Positions 1 through 8,991 of a stretch of DNA of 64,000 nucleotides are shown here, piece by piece. The translations under genes were made by a program, and so were the position numbers. How positions within the stretch are numbered: position 1 is the stretch's first letter; the number at the start of each line of letters is the position of its first letter. The stretch lies in NCBI GenBank assembly GCA_965215505.1, contig OZ244065.1, forward strand, positions 5,824,001-5,888,000. Reading direction: 5' to 3'. This DNA comes from Capsulimonadaceae bacterium (GTDB lineage: Bacteria > Armatimonadota > Armatimonadia > Armatimonadales > Capsulimonadaceae). The notes under the pieces are model-generated. The model worked only from the letters and a program-made list of their open reading frames with translations. It did no database searches and had not been told where the DNA came from.

Positions 1-1
1 G

Positions 2-580
2 GTAGACCCGGCGCACGTTTGGACCAATGCGGGCGCGCGGGTGGGGGACTCCTTGATCCTGACCAAGCCGCTCGGCGTCGGCGCAATCACGACCGGTATC
101 AAGCAAGGCGTCGCGCCTGCCGACGCCGTGGAAGCCGCCTTGACGTCAATGCGGACGCTCAACCGGGCCGCGCGGGACGTCGTGGCGACGGTCGGCCCGC
201 GCGCCTGCACGGACGTAACCGGGTTCAGCCTGCTCGGCCATTTGTACCAGATGCTCCGTGCGTCGGGCGTATCGGCCCGCGTCCATGCCAGCCAAGTGCC
301 ATTCCTGACTGGTGCGCTGGATTTGGCGCGTCAGGGCGTCAGTCCGGGCGGGGCGGGGCGAAACCGGGACTACTTCGCCGCGCACGTCACGGTCGCGGAG
401 GGTATTGAGGGGGCCATCGTGTCGCTGCTGTACGACCCGCAGACGTCGGGCGGTTTGCTGGTTTCGGTGGCGGGGGATAAGAAGAATGTTCTACTCGCCG
501 CGCTGACGGCGGCGGGCCTCTCGGCGGCCCATGTCGGGGACGTGACGGAGCCGTCTGCGGGCCGCGTTTTCGTAATATAG
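2..580 (+). CDS. selD: selenide, water dikinase (selenophosphate synthetase), 5'-truncated by window edge
   Basis: Frame open from base 2 (VDPAHVWTNAGARVGD..). SelD motifs LILTKPLGVG, TDVTGFSLLGH, DPQTSGGLL. Immediately followed by tRNA-Sec. Confidence 0.95.
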   Translation, partial: VDPAHVWTNAGARVGDSLILTKPLGVGAITTGIKQGVAPADAVEAALTSMRTLNRAARDVVATVGPRACTDVTGFSLLGHLYQMLRASGVSARVHASQVPFLTGALDLARQGVSPGGAGRNRDYFAAHVTVAEGIEGAIVSLLYDPQTSGGLLVSVAGDKKNVLLAALTAAGLSAAHVGDVTEPSAGRVFVI

Positions 581-582
581 AT

Positions 583-675
583 GGAGGCGTTTGGGGTCTG
601 GTGGCCCTCCTGGTCTTCAAAACCAGTGACCCGCATCACGCGGGTGGTGGGTTCGATTCCCATCCGCTTCCGCCA
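583..675 (+). tRNA. selC: tRNA-Sec (anticodon UCA)
   Basis: Acceptor GGAGGCG/CGCTTCC plus GCCA end; 6-bp D stem GGGGTC/GGCCCT; anticodon stem CTGGT/ACCAG with loop CTTCAAA (TCA at 617-619); long variable arm ACCCGC/GCGGGT; T arm GTGGG-TTCGATT-CCCAT. Confidence 0.97.
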
Positions 676-681
676 AACAAT

Positions 682-1545
682 ATGCTCCCCGAAAACACAC
701 AACAGTCTGGTACCGTCAAGACGATGCCCGTCGCGCGGCTGCGCGACGGGCATCTGGCTGAGGTTGATGACACGCTCGTCGTCGAGGAGCCGCTGGAGAT
801 TCGTCTGGGGATGGAGCGGTTCACGGTCACTATGCGGACGCCGGGCAATGACTTCGCGCTGACGCGCGGCCTGCTGCTGACCGAGGGCGTGATCGGCTGC
901 GAAGCCGACATCGGCCAGATCCGCTACTGCGATACGGGCGAGGCGGCGGACACGGACATTCCCAACATCGTCACCGTACAGCTCAAGACGCCGCCGCTGT
1001 CCGAGAAGCTCTGGCAAAGGACTTTGATGGCGGGGACGAGCTGCGGCCTATGCGGCAAGGCGGCCTTAGAGGCCGTCGGGATGCAGACGTGCCCGCTGCC
1101 GCCTCCTACTCTGCCCATGTTGAGCCGCGAGACACTGCTGTCGCTGCCGCATACACTGCGGCGTCATCAGGCGCTTTTCAAGCAAACGGGGGGCCTGCAC
1201 GCGGTCGGCCTGTTCGACGCAACGGGGGATTGCCGGTGCGTCTTTGAAGACATCGGACGGCACAACGCTACCGACAAGGCCATCGGCTTCGGTGTGGAGC
1301 AGGGCTGGCTTCCTTGGGAGGGTGCCGAGCCACTGATCCTGCTGGTCAGCGGCCGGGCCTCGTTCGAGATCACGCAGAAGGCGCTCATGGCCCGCATCTC
1401 CGTCGTCTGCTCCGTCTCCGCCGCCTCCACGCTGGCGGTGGAACTGGCCCAGGCCAACAACCAGACGCTGGTCGGCTTCCTGCGCGACACGGGCATGACG
1501 GTCTACACGGGCGGCAAACGGCTATCCCTCGCGCCCGATGCCTAA
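682..1545 (+). CDS. fdhD: formate dehydrogenase accessory sulfurtransferase FdhD
   Basis: Motifs [43 protein letters not shown]. The ORF-track start at 601 lies inside the tRNA, so ATG 682 (or 724) is used. Confidence 0.93.
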   Translation: MLPENTQQSGTVKTMPVARLRDGHLAEVDDTLVVEEPLEIRLGMERFTVTMRTPGNDFALTRGLLLTEGVIGCEADIGQIRYCDTGEAADTDIPNIVTVQLKTPPLSEKLWQRTLMAGTSCGLCGKAALEAVGMQTCPLPPPTLPMLSRETLLSLPHTLRRHQALFKQTGGLHAVGLFDATGDCRCVFEDIGRHNATDKAIGFGVEQGWLPWEGAEPLILLVSGRASFEITQKALMARISVVCSVSAASTLAVELAQANNQTLVGFLRDTGMTVYTGGKRLSLAPDA

Positions 1546-2103
1546 CGCATCGGCGACGCGGTTGATGTAGTTGAACCAGGACGTGATGAGTGTAATCTGC
1601 AAGATGCCCTGGTCATCGAAGCCCACGGCGTGCAGGCGCGCGTGGTCGTCGGGGCTGACCTTCGTGGCGTCCTTCGTGACCTTGACGACGTAGTCCAGCA
1701 TCACCCGGTCCTGCTCGCTGATGGGTGCGGTTCTATAATCCTGGCGCAGTGCTTCCACGAAGCCGTCATCCAGGGTGACTCGACGCAGAAACTCTGCGTG
1801 CGAAACCGTTCAATAGAAACACCGGTTGGTGACGGAGACGGTCGTGGTGATCATCTCCTGCTGCCGCCGCGTCAGCGGCAGGTCCGGGGACATCAGCGCG
1901 CCGAAGGTGGAGAAGGCGTGAAAAAGGGCGTCCGGGATGAGCGTGTGTGACGCGACGATGTTGGGCATGTCCGTCCGCCCCGCCTCGTCCGTCCCCTCGA
2001 CGGGCGTGGCGTACTCGGCGGGATAAAGCTCCCGCTGCTTGCCCATCAGCTCCCCCAGCCGCTCGTCGGCTTCGGACATCGGGACCGTTTTGATCCAGGC
2101 CAT
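1522..2103 (-). CDS. AhpD/carboxymuconolactone-decarboxylase-like (peroxidase-related) selenoprotein, in-frame UGA at 1812-1810
   Basis: ORFs 1810..2133 and 1522..1758 are in one frame, joined by ..[37 protein letters not shown].. This gives CxxU plus a downstream His, as in the AhpD CxxCxxxH motif. ATG 2103 has an AAGGAA SD. Confidence 0.88.
1779..1812 (-). promoter_or_regulatory. bacterial SECIS-like hairpin of the AhpD-like selenoprotein
   Basis: Minus strand after UGA: ACGGT-TTCG-C-ACGCAGA-GTT-TCTGCGT-CGAG. A perfect 7-bp upper stem with a G-initiated loop about 18 nt after UGA. Confidence 0.75.
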
Positions 2104-2131
2104 GTGGTGTTCCTTCCGTTTAACGTACTCC

Positions 2132-2160
2132 ATCCTATCATAAGCAGGCGTTTACGTCAA
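2132..2160 (-). promoter_or_regulatory. sigma70-type promoter of the AhpD-like selenoprotein gene
   Basis: Minus strand TTGACG-17 nt-TAGGAT, about 30 nt upstream of ATG 2103. Confidence 0.65.
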
Positions 2161-2251
2161 GCATTGCAGCGGGAGTGGAGCGATCCTCTGCTGGGTCCGG
2201 GCCTGACGAACGGGGACGGACAACAAAAGGGCCTTTCGCATCACGCCAAGT

Positions 2252-4336
2252 TCAGAGGAGGTGGCGGCTCAGAAACCGCTCGTAAAGCCCGCAGCGCGGC
2301 GCGGCTTCGCGCGGCGTGTTGCCGGTCACGACGCCCGCCGTCCGCAAGCGGAAGAATCTGTCCGGTTCCGGCGGCTTCCGGTCCCGCAGCAGGCCGCGCA
2401 GGCTTTCGGTCATCTGCGGATCCTGGGTGACGGAGATCAGCAAACGCCGCAGATGATCGCCGAATATCCCTTCATCCCGGTCCGCCCCCGCCTCCAGCGC
2501 GGCAAAGTCGAGGCCGGCCATGGCCATCTCGTTCAGGCCGCAGGCGCAAAGGGCAGGCTGTCCGCCGGTCAACGCCTGGAAGCCGGACAATTCCCGTGCG
2601 TTTCGGAGCGGGCTGCCGTGCCGTCGGTTCAGGTCCGCCACCTGGTCCGCCGTGAAGTCCAGCAGGAAGAGGCGCGTCCCCACGTTGAACGGGGATTGGT
2701 TGAGGTCCGAGATGAACAGGTGTGCCTCGGTGGCATAGGCGATGACAAGGGTGAGGCGGCTCCACGGGTCTGCCGGAACGAGGGTCCTGCGGTTGTGCCA
2801 GGAGCGGAAGAGGCCGAACACGTCGCTGCCGTAACCGCAGTGGAACAGGCGATCCACTTCGTCCAGACCCCAGACCAGCGGCGCGTCCAGCCGCTCCAGG
2901 ACTTCCCGGCGAAGGAACCGCTCGAAGTTCATGTTCGGACTCCGATACTCGCTCCAGGAAGCCGGGTCGTAATCCAGGCCGATCTCGTCGGCGATCATCA
3001 CGGTCAGACACCGGTAAAACGACTCCGGCGAGTGAAGGTATTCCGCGTTGAAGGTCTGCAAGTCCGTCAGGATAGTCCGGACCCCGGCGGCTCGGGCTTG
3101 GTGCAGCCCTCGCGCCAGCATCGAAGTCTTGCCGATCTGCCGGGAGCCTTTGAGCAGCACGATGCCATCCCGGCGGGCGATGGCCGCCCGGAGATCGTCG
3201 TCGGCGTCCCGGACGACATAGAAGGCAGAGTCGAGGGGGACGGCACCGCCGGCAGACCCGTGCCGCGGCGGGGCGGAAGGCTCCGGTTCGGGCGGCTTCT
3301 TCATTGCGGCATCAAGTTCTTTCAGCGCAGCGTCCAGGTCCGCCACGAGCCGCACATCGTCCTCGGGGCCGTTCCAGGCGATATACATCAGCGGATCAAG
3401 GATCGCGCCCAGCGATTGTGGCAAGGCTTCCGTGAAGGCGACGCGCACCGGCAGCAGGCGCGGCCGTCCTCCTCTTGCCCAGAGGGCGGCGTGGGCCGTT
3501 TGGACCTCGAACTCGAACATCTCACTGCGGACGGATGCTTCCGAAACGAGCACGATCACGGCCTGGGCGGATTGGATCTGCCTCTTGATCTCCGCCGCCC
3601 ACTCGACCCCGATCGCGATGTGCCGGTCGATGAACAGCGAATGGCCGTGGGCGCTCAGCTTGGAATCGAGAAGGGCCACGACCCCCGCATCCGGCGCGGC
3701 ATGACGCTTGTACAAGATGGCCACGCGCCCCGGCTCCGGCCCATCCTCTGCCACGACTTGCGGGACAAGTCTGTCCGGCAGACCGGTCTTACCAACGTCC
3801 GGCGTGTGGAAGTTGAACAGGCGCACCGTCGTCCCATGCTTGACCTCATACTCGCCTAGATAGGATAAAAAAGCGGCCCAGTTCTCATATTCGCTGATGA
3901 CGTCGGCGAAGCTATGGGACATGAGGATGTGGCCCGCATCTCCGAAGCCCATCACGCGCTCCGCGAGATTGATTCCGCTGCCGGAAACATTATCCTGTCC
4001 ATGAATGTCCGGCTGTCGGGTGACAGGGCCGCTGTGCAGTCCCATCCGCAGGGGCAGGTCCGGGCGCGTCCGCAGAGCGAGGGCGACTTCGCAGGCGCAC
4101 TGGAGCGGGGCGCGTGGGTCACGGAAGAAGATCAGCGCCAGGCCGTCCCCCTGGTCGCGGCAGATCAGGTCCCCCTCTCCCTCAGCGCGCCGGTATTCGG
4201 GGGTCTGCTGCACCCTCTCCCGGAGGCCCTGGACCTGCCGTGCCTGTGCCTCCATGGGCAGCCGGGAGTGGCCGACCAGGTCCATGAAAAGAACGTGGGC
4301 CATCTCCGTCGGGATTCGTGTCGGTTCGTCCGTCAT
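2252..4336 (-). CDS. class III nucleotidyl cyclase - TIR - AAA_35 (STAND-like) NTPase fusion
   Basis: Cyclase motifs VLFMDLVG, GDG, LRMGLHSGPV, GINLAERV. TIR-like segment AILYKRH..LFIDR..WAAEI..VIVLVSEASVRSEMFEFEV. Walker A GSRQIGKTS, Walker B WGLDEVD, and QSPFNVG typical of AAA_35. Confidence 0.85.
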   Translation of the reverse strand: MTDEPTRIPTEMAHVLFMDLVGHSRLPMEAQARQVQGLRERVQQTPEYRRAEGEGDLICRDQGDGLALIFFRDPRAPLQCACEVALALRTRPDLPLRMGLHSGPVTRQPDIHGQDNVSGSGINLAERVMGFGDAGHILMSHSFADVISEYENWAAFLSYLGEYEVKHGTTVRLFNFHTPDVGKTGLPDRLVPQVVAEDGPEPGRVAILYKRHAAPDAGVVALLDSKLSAHGHSLFIDRHIAIGVEWAAEIKRQIQSAQAVIVLVSEASVRSEMFEFEVQTAHAALWARGGRPRLLPVRVAFTEALPQSLGAILDPLMYIAWNGPEDDVRLVADLDAALKELDAAMKKPPEPEPSAPPRHGSAGGAVPLDSAFYVVRDADDDLRAAIARRDGIVLLKGSRQIGKTSMLARGLHQARAAGVRTILTDLQTFNAEYLHSPESFYRCLTVMIADEIGLDYDPASWSEYRSPNMNFERFLRREVLERLDAPLVWGLDEVDRLFHCGYGSDVFGLFRSWHNRRTLVPADPWSRLTLVIAYATEAHLFISDLNQSPFNVGTRLFLLDFTADQVADLNRRHGSPLRNARELSGFQALTGGQPALCACGLNEMAMAGLDFAALEAGADRDEGIFGDHLRRLLISVTQDPQMTESLRGLLRDRKPPEPDRFFRLRTAGVVTGNTPREAAPRCGLYERFLSRHLL

Positions 4337-6804
4337 TATCGCTTTTCGCTTTTGTGTGTAGGAAGAAGGTGTCCGAAGACGAGATCACCTGGCGAAGATG
4401 TGTTCACGTCTCCGGGTCTGATCGGCTGACCATGATCATCCCGACCATCGGGTCCGACACTGTAGAGCAGATAAGTATCTCCTATTGTGGTGTAGTGAAG
4501 AGGGGCACTCCAGACGGACTCGTCGTCGCTGTCAAAAGGATCATCGGGCAGGATCTTGAGGTAGGTTGGCTTAAGCTGGTAGAGGGTTTTCGGGTAGTGG
4601 CCTGATGCAAGGCGGTATGCTCTGAGTGCGGCAGCCATTAGAAGGAGCCTTGTCCTAGTCTCACTCGCCGTGTCAATTAGCCATAAAAAGCTTAGGGGGA
4701 GCGTGAAGCCGCTGCTGATCATACCGCCGGGTGCATCAGGTACAGTCACCTCCTTCCGCAAGGTAGAGCCATATTGGTTTTTGCGCGTCAGTTCAATGCA
4801 AGCGTCAGCATATTGTGTAACCTCTGCCATTGCAGCCCGCTTGCTGCTCGTCATGAGTTCCATCCTCACGCCCACTCGCACCCAGACGAAGGGTTCTGTA
4901 TCTTTGGGAAGTGTGGCGGACAATCCGGAATTTTCGTCCCATTTCCATTGATTCTCCCAGTGCCTCCTATAATAAGTGTCCCGCCAATGTGGACTGTCAA
5001 ACAGTGCCATAAGATCGCTCTCTGTCTGCCATTTGTCCTCTCGCAGGGTTTCCCAGAAGGGGAATCTTGTCTGAAAAAGAGATGTGAGGCGACCGGTCAC
5101 GGCGTTAGCCTGGGAGATGCTGAGGTGGCTAATGGTCTTCTCCAGCGCGCGCTGCCCGATTGCTTCAAAGGCCACTCCGATCTCCCGATTTACGAGGGGG
5201 CCATTTTCCATGACACGCTCACCGAGGGCAATGGCATCCAGGTCGCTCTGGGCGGCGGCCCCCCAGTCTCCACGGGAAATCCTTACTTGTCCTTCCAATA
5301 CCAGTAATCTAGCAAGTGAACGGTAGTCGGCCACAGCACTGTCCCACGCCATGTGTCGGAACCCGTGTACCAGCCCGAGACGCAGCCAATGCAGGGCTGC
5401 CGCATTACGCTGGACCATGTCAGCCTTGTCCTGCGGCGCTATGGGTTCGTCAGCCCCGGCGTAAGCCTCGTCGACTTCGGTCGCACTGGTAAGCGACCGC
5501 ATGGCATTTTCAAAGTCGTCATAGGCGTTTGGGACTGGAGCGGTGCGTTTTGGAATCGTAACGACCGGGTCACGATCAAGCCAGGCACCGCCGCCGAACC
5601 AAACGGTGCCGAGAAGCAGCACGGTAACCGCCAGGGTCCGCGAGACGCCTTTCCAGAAGGCGACTCGCTGCCGGCGCAGTTCCGCCCCCGGCATGACCGA
5701 TCTGATCCAGGCCCGGTCGAAGACGCGGGCGTAGATGCGGTTGCGGACCCGAAGGCATCCGGCCTCATCGCCTGCGATGCCGGACAGCCGCAGAAGACCT
5801 GCGCGCGGGTCGGCCTCGGCGCAGAGGATGCGCCGCCGGGAATACCGAAGGCGGCGATAGAAGTCCAGCAGGCCGGCCAGGTCCGTGTCACTCTCCAGCA
5901 GTCGGCGGCGGACGAATGCCAGATTGCCGTCCTGCTCCGGCGACTCCTGCGTGAAGAACAATGACCGGCACAGGCGGTCCACGTTCGGAGCCGCCCCCGC
6001 CGCCACGGCCTCACAGAGCCGCTGCGTGAGGTACGGGTGTCCCCCCGTCCAATACAGAACGCGCCGCAGCCGTCGGCTCCCCGTGCGCCGGTCCCGGCCC
6101 AGGCCGGCGGCGAGAGGAGCGGCTTCGTCGGCGGAAAAGTCTGTCAGCTCGATGCGCCGGCCGATGTTGAATGGCGTCGTTTTCGTGTCCTCAACGAGTT
6201 CCGCCGGCGAGGCCACACCCAGCATGCAGAACGTCAGGCGCGCGAGAGACGGGTCATGCGCCCGCTGATTGAAAAAGGCACGGACGGCGGCGAAGAACTC
6301 ATCGGTGGAGAAAGGCAGCGAGCGGACGGCATCTATCTCATCCACGAAGATGACGAGCGGGGAACTACAATCAGGGAGGACGACTTTGCGGATCACCAGC
6401 TCAAACCCCTGGAGGGGACCCCGCTGCCGGTTCCGATCCCAAAACCCCTCGATCTCGTCTTCCAGTCCCAACTGCTCGCCGAGCATGCTCACGAGGCCTT
6501 CGTACCACTGCGCGATGCTCACCTGCCGCCCGACGGTCGTCAGGTCCAGGATGGCCACACGCACCCCGGCTTCCTCAAGCCGCGCCTTCGTGCGGACCAT
6601 CAGCGAAGACTTGCCGACCTGCCGCGTGTCCAGGATATAGCAGAACTCACCCCGAAGGAGCGTCTGTAACAGGACGTCGTCCGCCTGCCGCTCGACGTAG
6701 GAGGGTGCGCCCGGATGGAGTGTCCCGCCGGAGACGAAAAAGGGGCCGGCGTTCTGGAATGGCTGCGAAAGAGAAGGGACCCCGGAATCTGTACTGGTAG
6801 GCAT
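4336..6804 (-). CDS. AAA_35 (STAND-like) NTPase - TM helix - extracytoplasmic helical domain with pseudopilin-like C-terminus
   Basis: GGTL..SYVERQAD, DTRQVGKSS, IFVDEID, TPFNIG, WTGGHPYLTQ. TM segment LAVTVLLLGTVWFGGG. C-terminal GHYPKTL..LPDDPF..LYSVGPDG. Stop overlaps the start of the next gene at 4336. Confidence 0.82.
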   Translation of the reverse strand: MPTSTDSGVPSLSQPFQNAGPFFVSGGTLHPGAPSYVERQADDVLLQTLLRGEFCYILDTRQVGKSSLMVRTKARLEEAGVRVAILDLTTVGRQVSIAQWYEGLVSMLGEQLGLEDEIEGFWDRNRQRGPLQGFELVIRKVVLPDCSSPLVIFVDEIDAVRSLPFSTDEFFAAVRAFFNQRAHDPSLARLTFCMLGVASPAELVEDTKTTPFNIGRRIELTDFSADEAAPLAAGLGRDRRTGSRRLRRVLYWTGGHPYLTQRLCEAVAAGAAPNVDRLCRSLFFTQESPEQDGNLAFVRRRLLESDTDLAGLLDFYRRLRYSRRRILCAEADPRAGLLRLSGIAGDEAGCLRVRNRIYARVFDRAWIRSVMPGAELRRQRVAFWKGVSRTLAVTVLLLGTVWFGGGAWLDRDPVVTIPKRTAPVPNAYDDFENAMRSLTSATEVDEAYAGADEPIAPQDKADMVQRNAAALHWLRLGLVHGFRHMAWDSAVADYRSLARLLVLEGQVRISRGDWGAAAQSDLDAIALGERVMENGPLVNREIGVAFEAIGQRALEKTISHLSISQANAVTGRLTSLFQTRFPFWETLREDKWQTESDLMALFDSPHWRDTYYRRHWENQWKWDENSGLSATLPKDTEPFVWVRVGVRMELMTSSKRAAMAEVTQYADACIELTRKNQYGSTLRKEVTVPDAPGGMISSGFTLPLSFLWLIDTASETRTRLLLMAAALRAYRLASGHYPKTLYQLKPTYLKILPDDPFDSDDESVWSAPLHYTTIGDTYLLYSVGPDGRDDHGQPIRPGDVNTSSPGDLVFGHLLPTHKSEKR

Positions 6805-6945
6805 GGTTTCCCCGGCTGATGTTATAGGGTGATGATACGGGACGACGGCCTATGGCATTGAAGGCAGTATATCCGGGTAGTGTGACCACATTCGGCGGGG
6901 TTCGGTGTGACAAAAGACACACGCTACCCTAAGCAGGTGGTCACG

Positions 6946-8400
6946 CTAAGCCGGGTGTTTGAGATGGCTGAGTGCGGCCATCGCGGCGTAGTATCCCCCC
7001 ATGCCGTGGACGCCGCCGCCGGGCGGGGTGGCGGAGGAACACAGATACAGGCCGGGGACGGGCGTAGACCACGGCGTCCAGCGGGCGATGGGGCGGGTGA
7101 ACAATTGCCGCCAGTCCTGGATGCCGCCGTTGATGTCCCCGCCGATGTAGTTGGCGTTGTACCGCTCCATCGCCGACGGGCCGATGGTGTGCTTGGCGAG
7201 GATGCGGTCCCGGAAGCCCGGTGCGAACCTCTCGATCTGCGCCTCGATGCGGCCCGTCATGTCCACGGTGCAGCCGTTAGGGACGTGGCAGTAGGCCCAA
7301 ACGGTGTGCTTGCCATCGGGGGCGCGGGTCGGGTCAAAGAGGCTCTGCTGGGCCAGCAGGATGTAGGGCACGTCCGCGACCTCGCCGCGCGCCGAGGCCC
7401 GCTCGGAGCGGCTGAGTTCGGCCCGCGTCGCGCCCAAATGCACGGTCCCCGCTGAGGTCACTTCGGGCGACTTCCAGGGGACCGGGCCGTCCAGGGCATA
7501 GTCCAGCTTGAACGCCCCCATGCCGTAGCGGTAGCGGCCCAGCCGCGTCCGGTAGCCGGTGGGCAGCTTGTCCCCGGCGATCTTGACGAGCTGGCGGGGC
7601 GTGATGTCGCCCATGATGACGCGCGACGGCGGCAGGTCATCCAGCGACTTCACCTCCCGCCCCGTTTCCACCTTGCCGCCCAACGATTCCAGGTGCGCGA
7701 CCAGGGCGTCAATGATCTTCTGGGACCCGCCGCGCGGGAACGGCCAGCCGACCGCGTGGCCGGCGATGCCCAGCGCCATGCCAAAGGCGGCGCTCGGCGA
7801 CTGTTCCAGGGGCAGCATCGAGTGGGCGGCCATGCCGGAGAAGAAGCCCCGCGCCCGGCCCCCCCGGAACGCGGCTTCGGTCAAGGCTTGCGAGGACAGA
7901 ATCGCCTTCAGGCCGAACCGCGCCAGGCCGAACGGGTAACACGCCAGCCGCAGCGGCTCGCGCAGCGCCCTGGAAGTCTCCTCCCAATCGGGCACGAGCG
8001 GCCCCATCAGGCGCGTGTAGTTGTCGGCGTCCGCCCCCAGCGTCGCCGCCGTCTCTTCCACCGACTGGTACAAGAGTGCGGGCGGCCCGTCGTCAAATGG
8101 GTGTGCCAGGGCGGCGGGCGGCTGTATCCACTCCAGCCCATGCTTTTCGAGCGGCAGCGTCCGAAAGAACGGCGACCCGTAGCCGAGCGGGTGGATGGCC
8201 GAGCAGATGTCGTGCGTGAAGCCAGGCAGCGTCAGCTCCGCCGACCGGCAGCCCCCGCCGGGGGTGTCCTTGGCCTCGACCACGAGGACGGAATGGCCCT
8301 CCTGCGCGAACCGGATGGCGGCGGCCAGCCCGTTCGGGCCGGAGCCGATGACGACGGCATCATAGTCTTGTGCTGATGAGCGAGCAGCAGATGGTGTCAT
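6946..8400 (-). CDS. phytoene desaturase-like FAD-dependent oxidoreductase
   Basis: Rossmann motif VVIGSGPNGLAAA, HDICSAIHP, LCSSATPPGGGVHGMGG. Confidence 0.9.
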   Translation of the reverse strand: MTPSAARSSAQDYDAVVIGSGPNGLAAAIRFAQEGHSVLVVEAKDTPGGGCRSAELTLPGFTHDICSAIHPLGYGSPFFRTLPLEKHGLEWIQPPAALAHPFDDGPPALLYQSVEETAATLGADADNYTRLMGPLVPDWEETSRALREPLRLACYPFGLARFGLKAILSSQALTEAAFRGGRARGFFSGMAAHSMLPLEQSPSAAFGMALGIAGHAVGWPFPRGGSQKIIDALVAHLESLGGKVETGREVKSLDDLPPSRVIMGDITPRQLVKIAGDKLPTGYRTRLGRYRYGMGAFKLDYALDGPVPWKSPEVTSAGTVHLGATRAELSRSERASARGEVADVPYILLAQQSLFDPTRAPDGKHTVWAYCHVPNGCTVDMTGRIEAQIERFAPGFRDRILAKHTIGPSAMERYNANYIGGDINGGIQDWRQLFTRPIARWTPWSTPVPGLYLCSSATPPGGGVHGMGGYYAAMAALSHLKHPA

Positions 8401-8846
8401 GTCAAGTGTTCTAAATCGCTGAGGTCTTTCAGCCTGCCGCTGGCTTGCTTGTTGACCTTGAGGCTGTCCATGTCAATCACGTTTATGGGTACGCCGTCCA
8501 TAAGGATCACCTCGCGCTTCAGCCAGCAGTCAGTGAATTCTACGCCTGAGATGCTGGTAAGCAGTTCAATCCGCAATGGAGGGTTGCCCATGCGGATGAC
8601 ACGATCTGCCTGCAAAAATACCCCCACGGCGATATCGTCGCTTGAGAACCCGAAGCCGCGCAATGCAGCCGCCACTCCCTGTGCGTTGTCTTCGCTACGC
8701 GCTATCCAGATGTCCATGTCGCCCGTAGCACGGGGGTAGCCGTGGTGCCCGACCGCGTAGCCCCCGACCAGAAGATACTCAACGCCGTTCTCGTTCAACA
8801 ACTTCAAGAAATCTTTGAAGTCGGTCGGTAGAAGGATCGTAGCCAT
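8397..8846 (-). CDS. minimal nucleotidyltransferase (putative TA component)
   Basis: LVGGYAV..HGYPRATGDMDIW motif; C-terminal NKQASGRLKDLSD. Confidence 0.8.
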   Translation of the reverse strand: MATILLPTDFKDFLKLLNENGVEYLLVGGYAVGHHGYPRATGDMDIWIARSEDNAQGVAAALRGFGFSSDDIAVGVFLQADRVIRMGNPPLRIELLTSISGVEFTDCWLKREVILMDGVPINVIDMDSLKVNKQASGRLKDLSDLEHLT

Positions 8847-8991
8847 ACATCACCTGCCGCATCAATTCGAGCGCTTCCAGCCTTGCCTGGGGAGACTGGG
8901 TTTTCCAGTAGTCCGCCTCATCTGACGGGTCATGGAGCGAAACGATGGACAGGCTCGACTTGTCCATCTTTAGAGTATCACGCAGAGACAT
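8779..8991 (-). CDS. small partner protein of the nucleotidyltransferase (putative antitoxin)
   Basis: ATG 8991 with GGAGGA SD. Sequence MSLRDTLKMDKSS..DYWKTQSPQARLEALELMRQ; overlaps the NTase gene. Confidence 0.6.
   Translation of the reverse strand: MSLRDTLKMDKSSLSIVSLHDPSDEADYWKTQSPQARLEALELMRQVMYGYDPSTDRLQRFLEVVERERR

Noticed and set aside
601-681. N-terminal extension of fdhD in the ORF track, and ORF 581..862
   Set aside because: These overlap the tRNA-Sec gene and are not coding.
6881-6921. CRP-like site TGTGA-N6-ACACA upstream of the NTPase/cyclase operon
   Set aside because: One mismatch, and its centre is about -54 relative to the best -10 (TATACT, 6871-6866), which is not a standard activating position. 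It could be chance.
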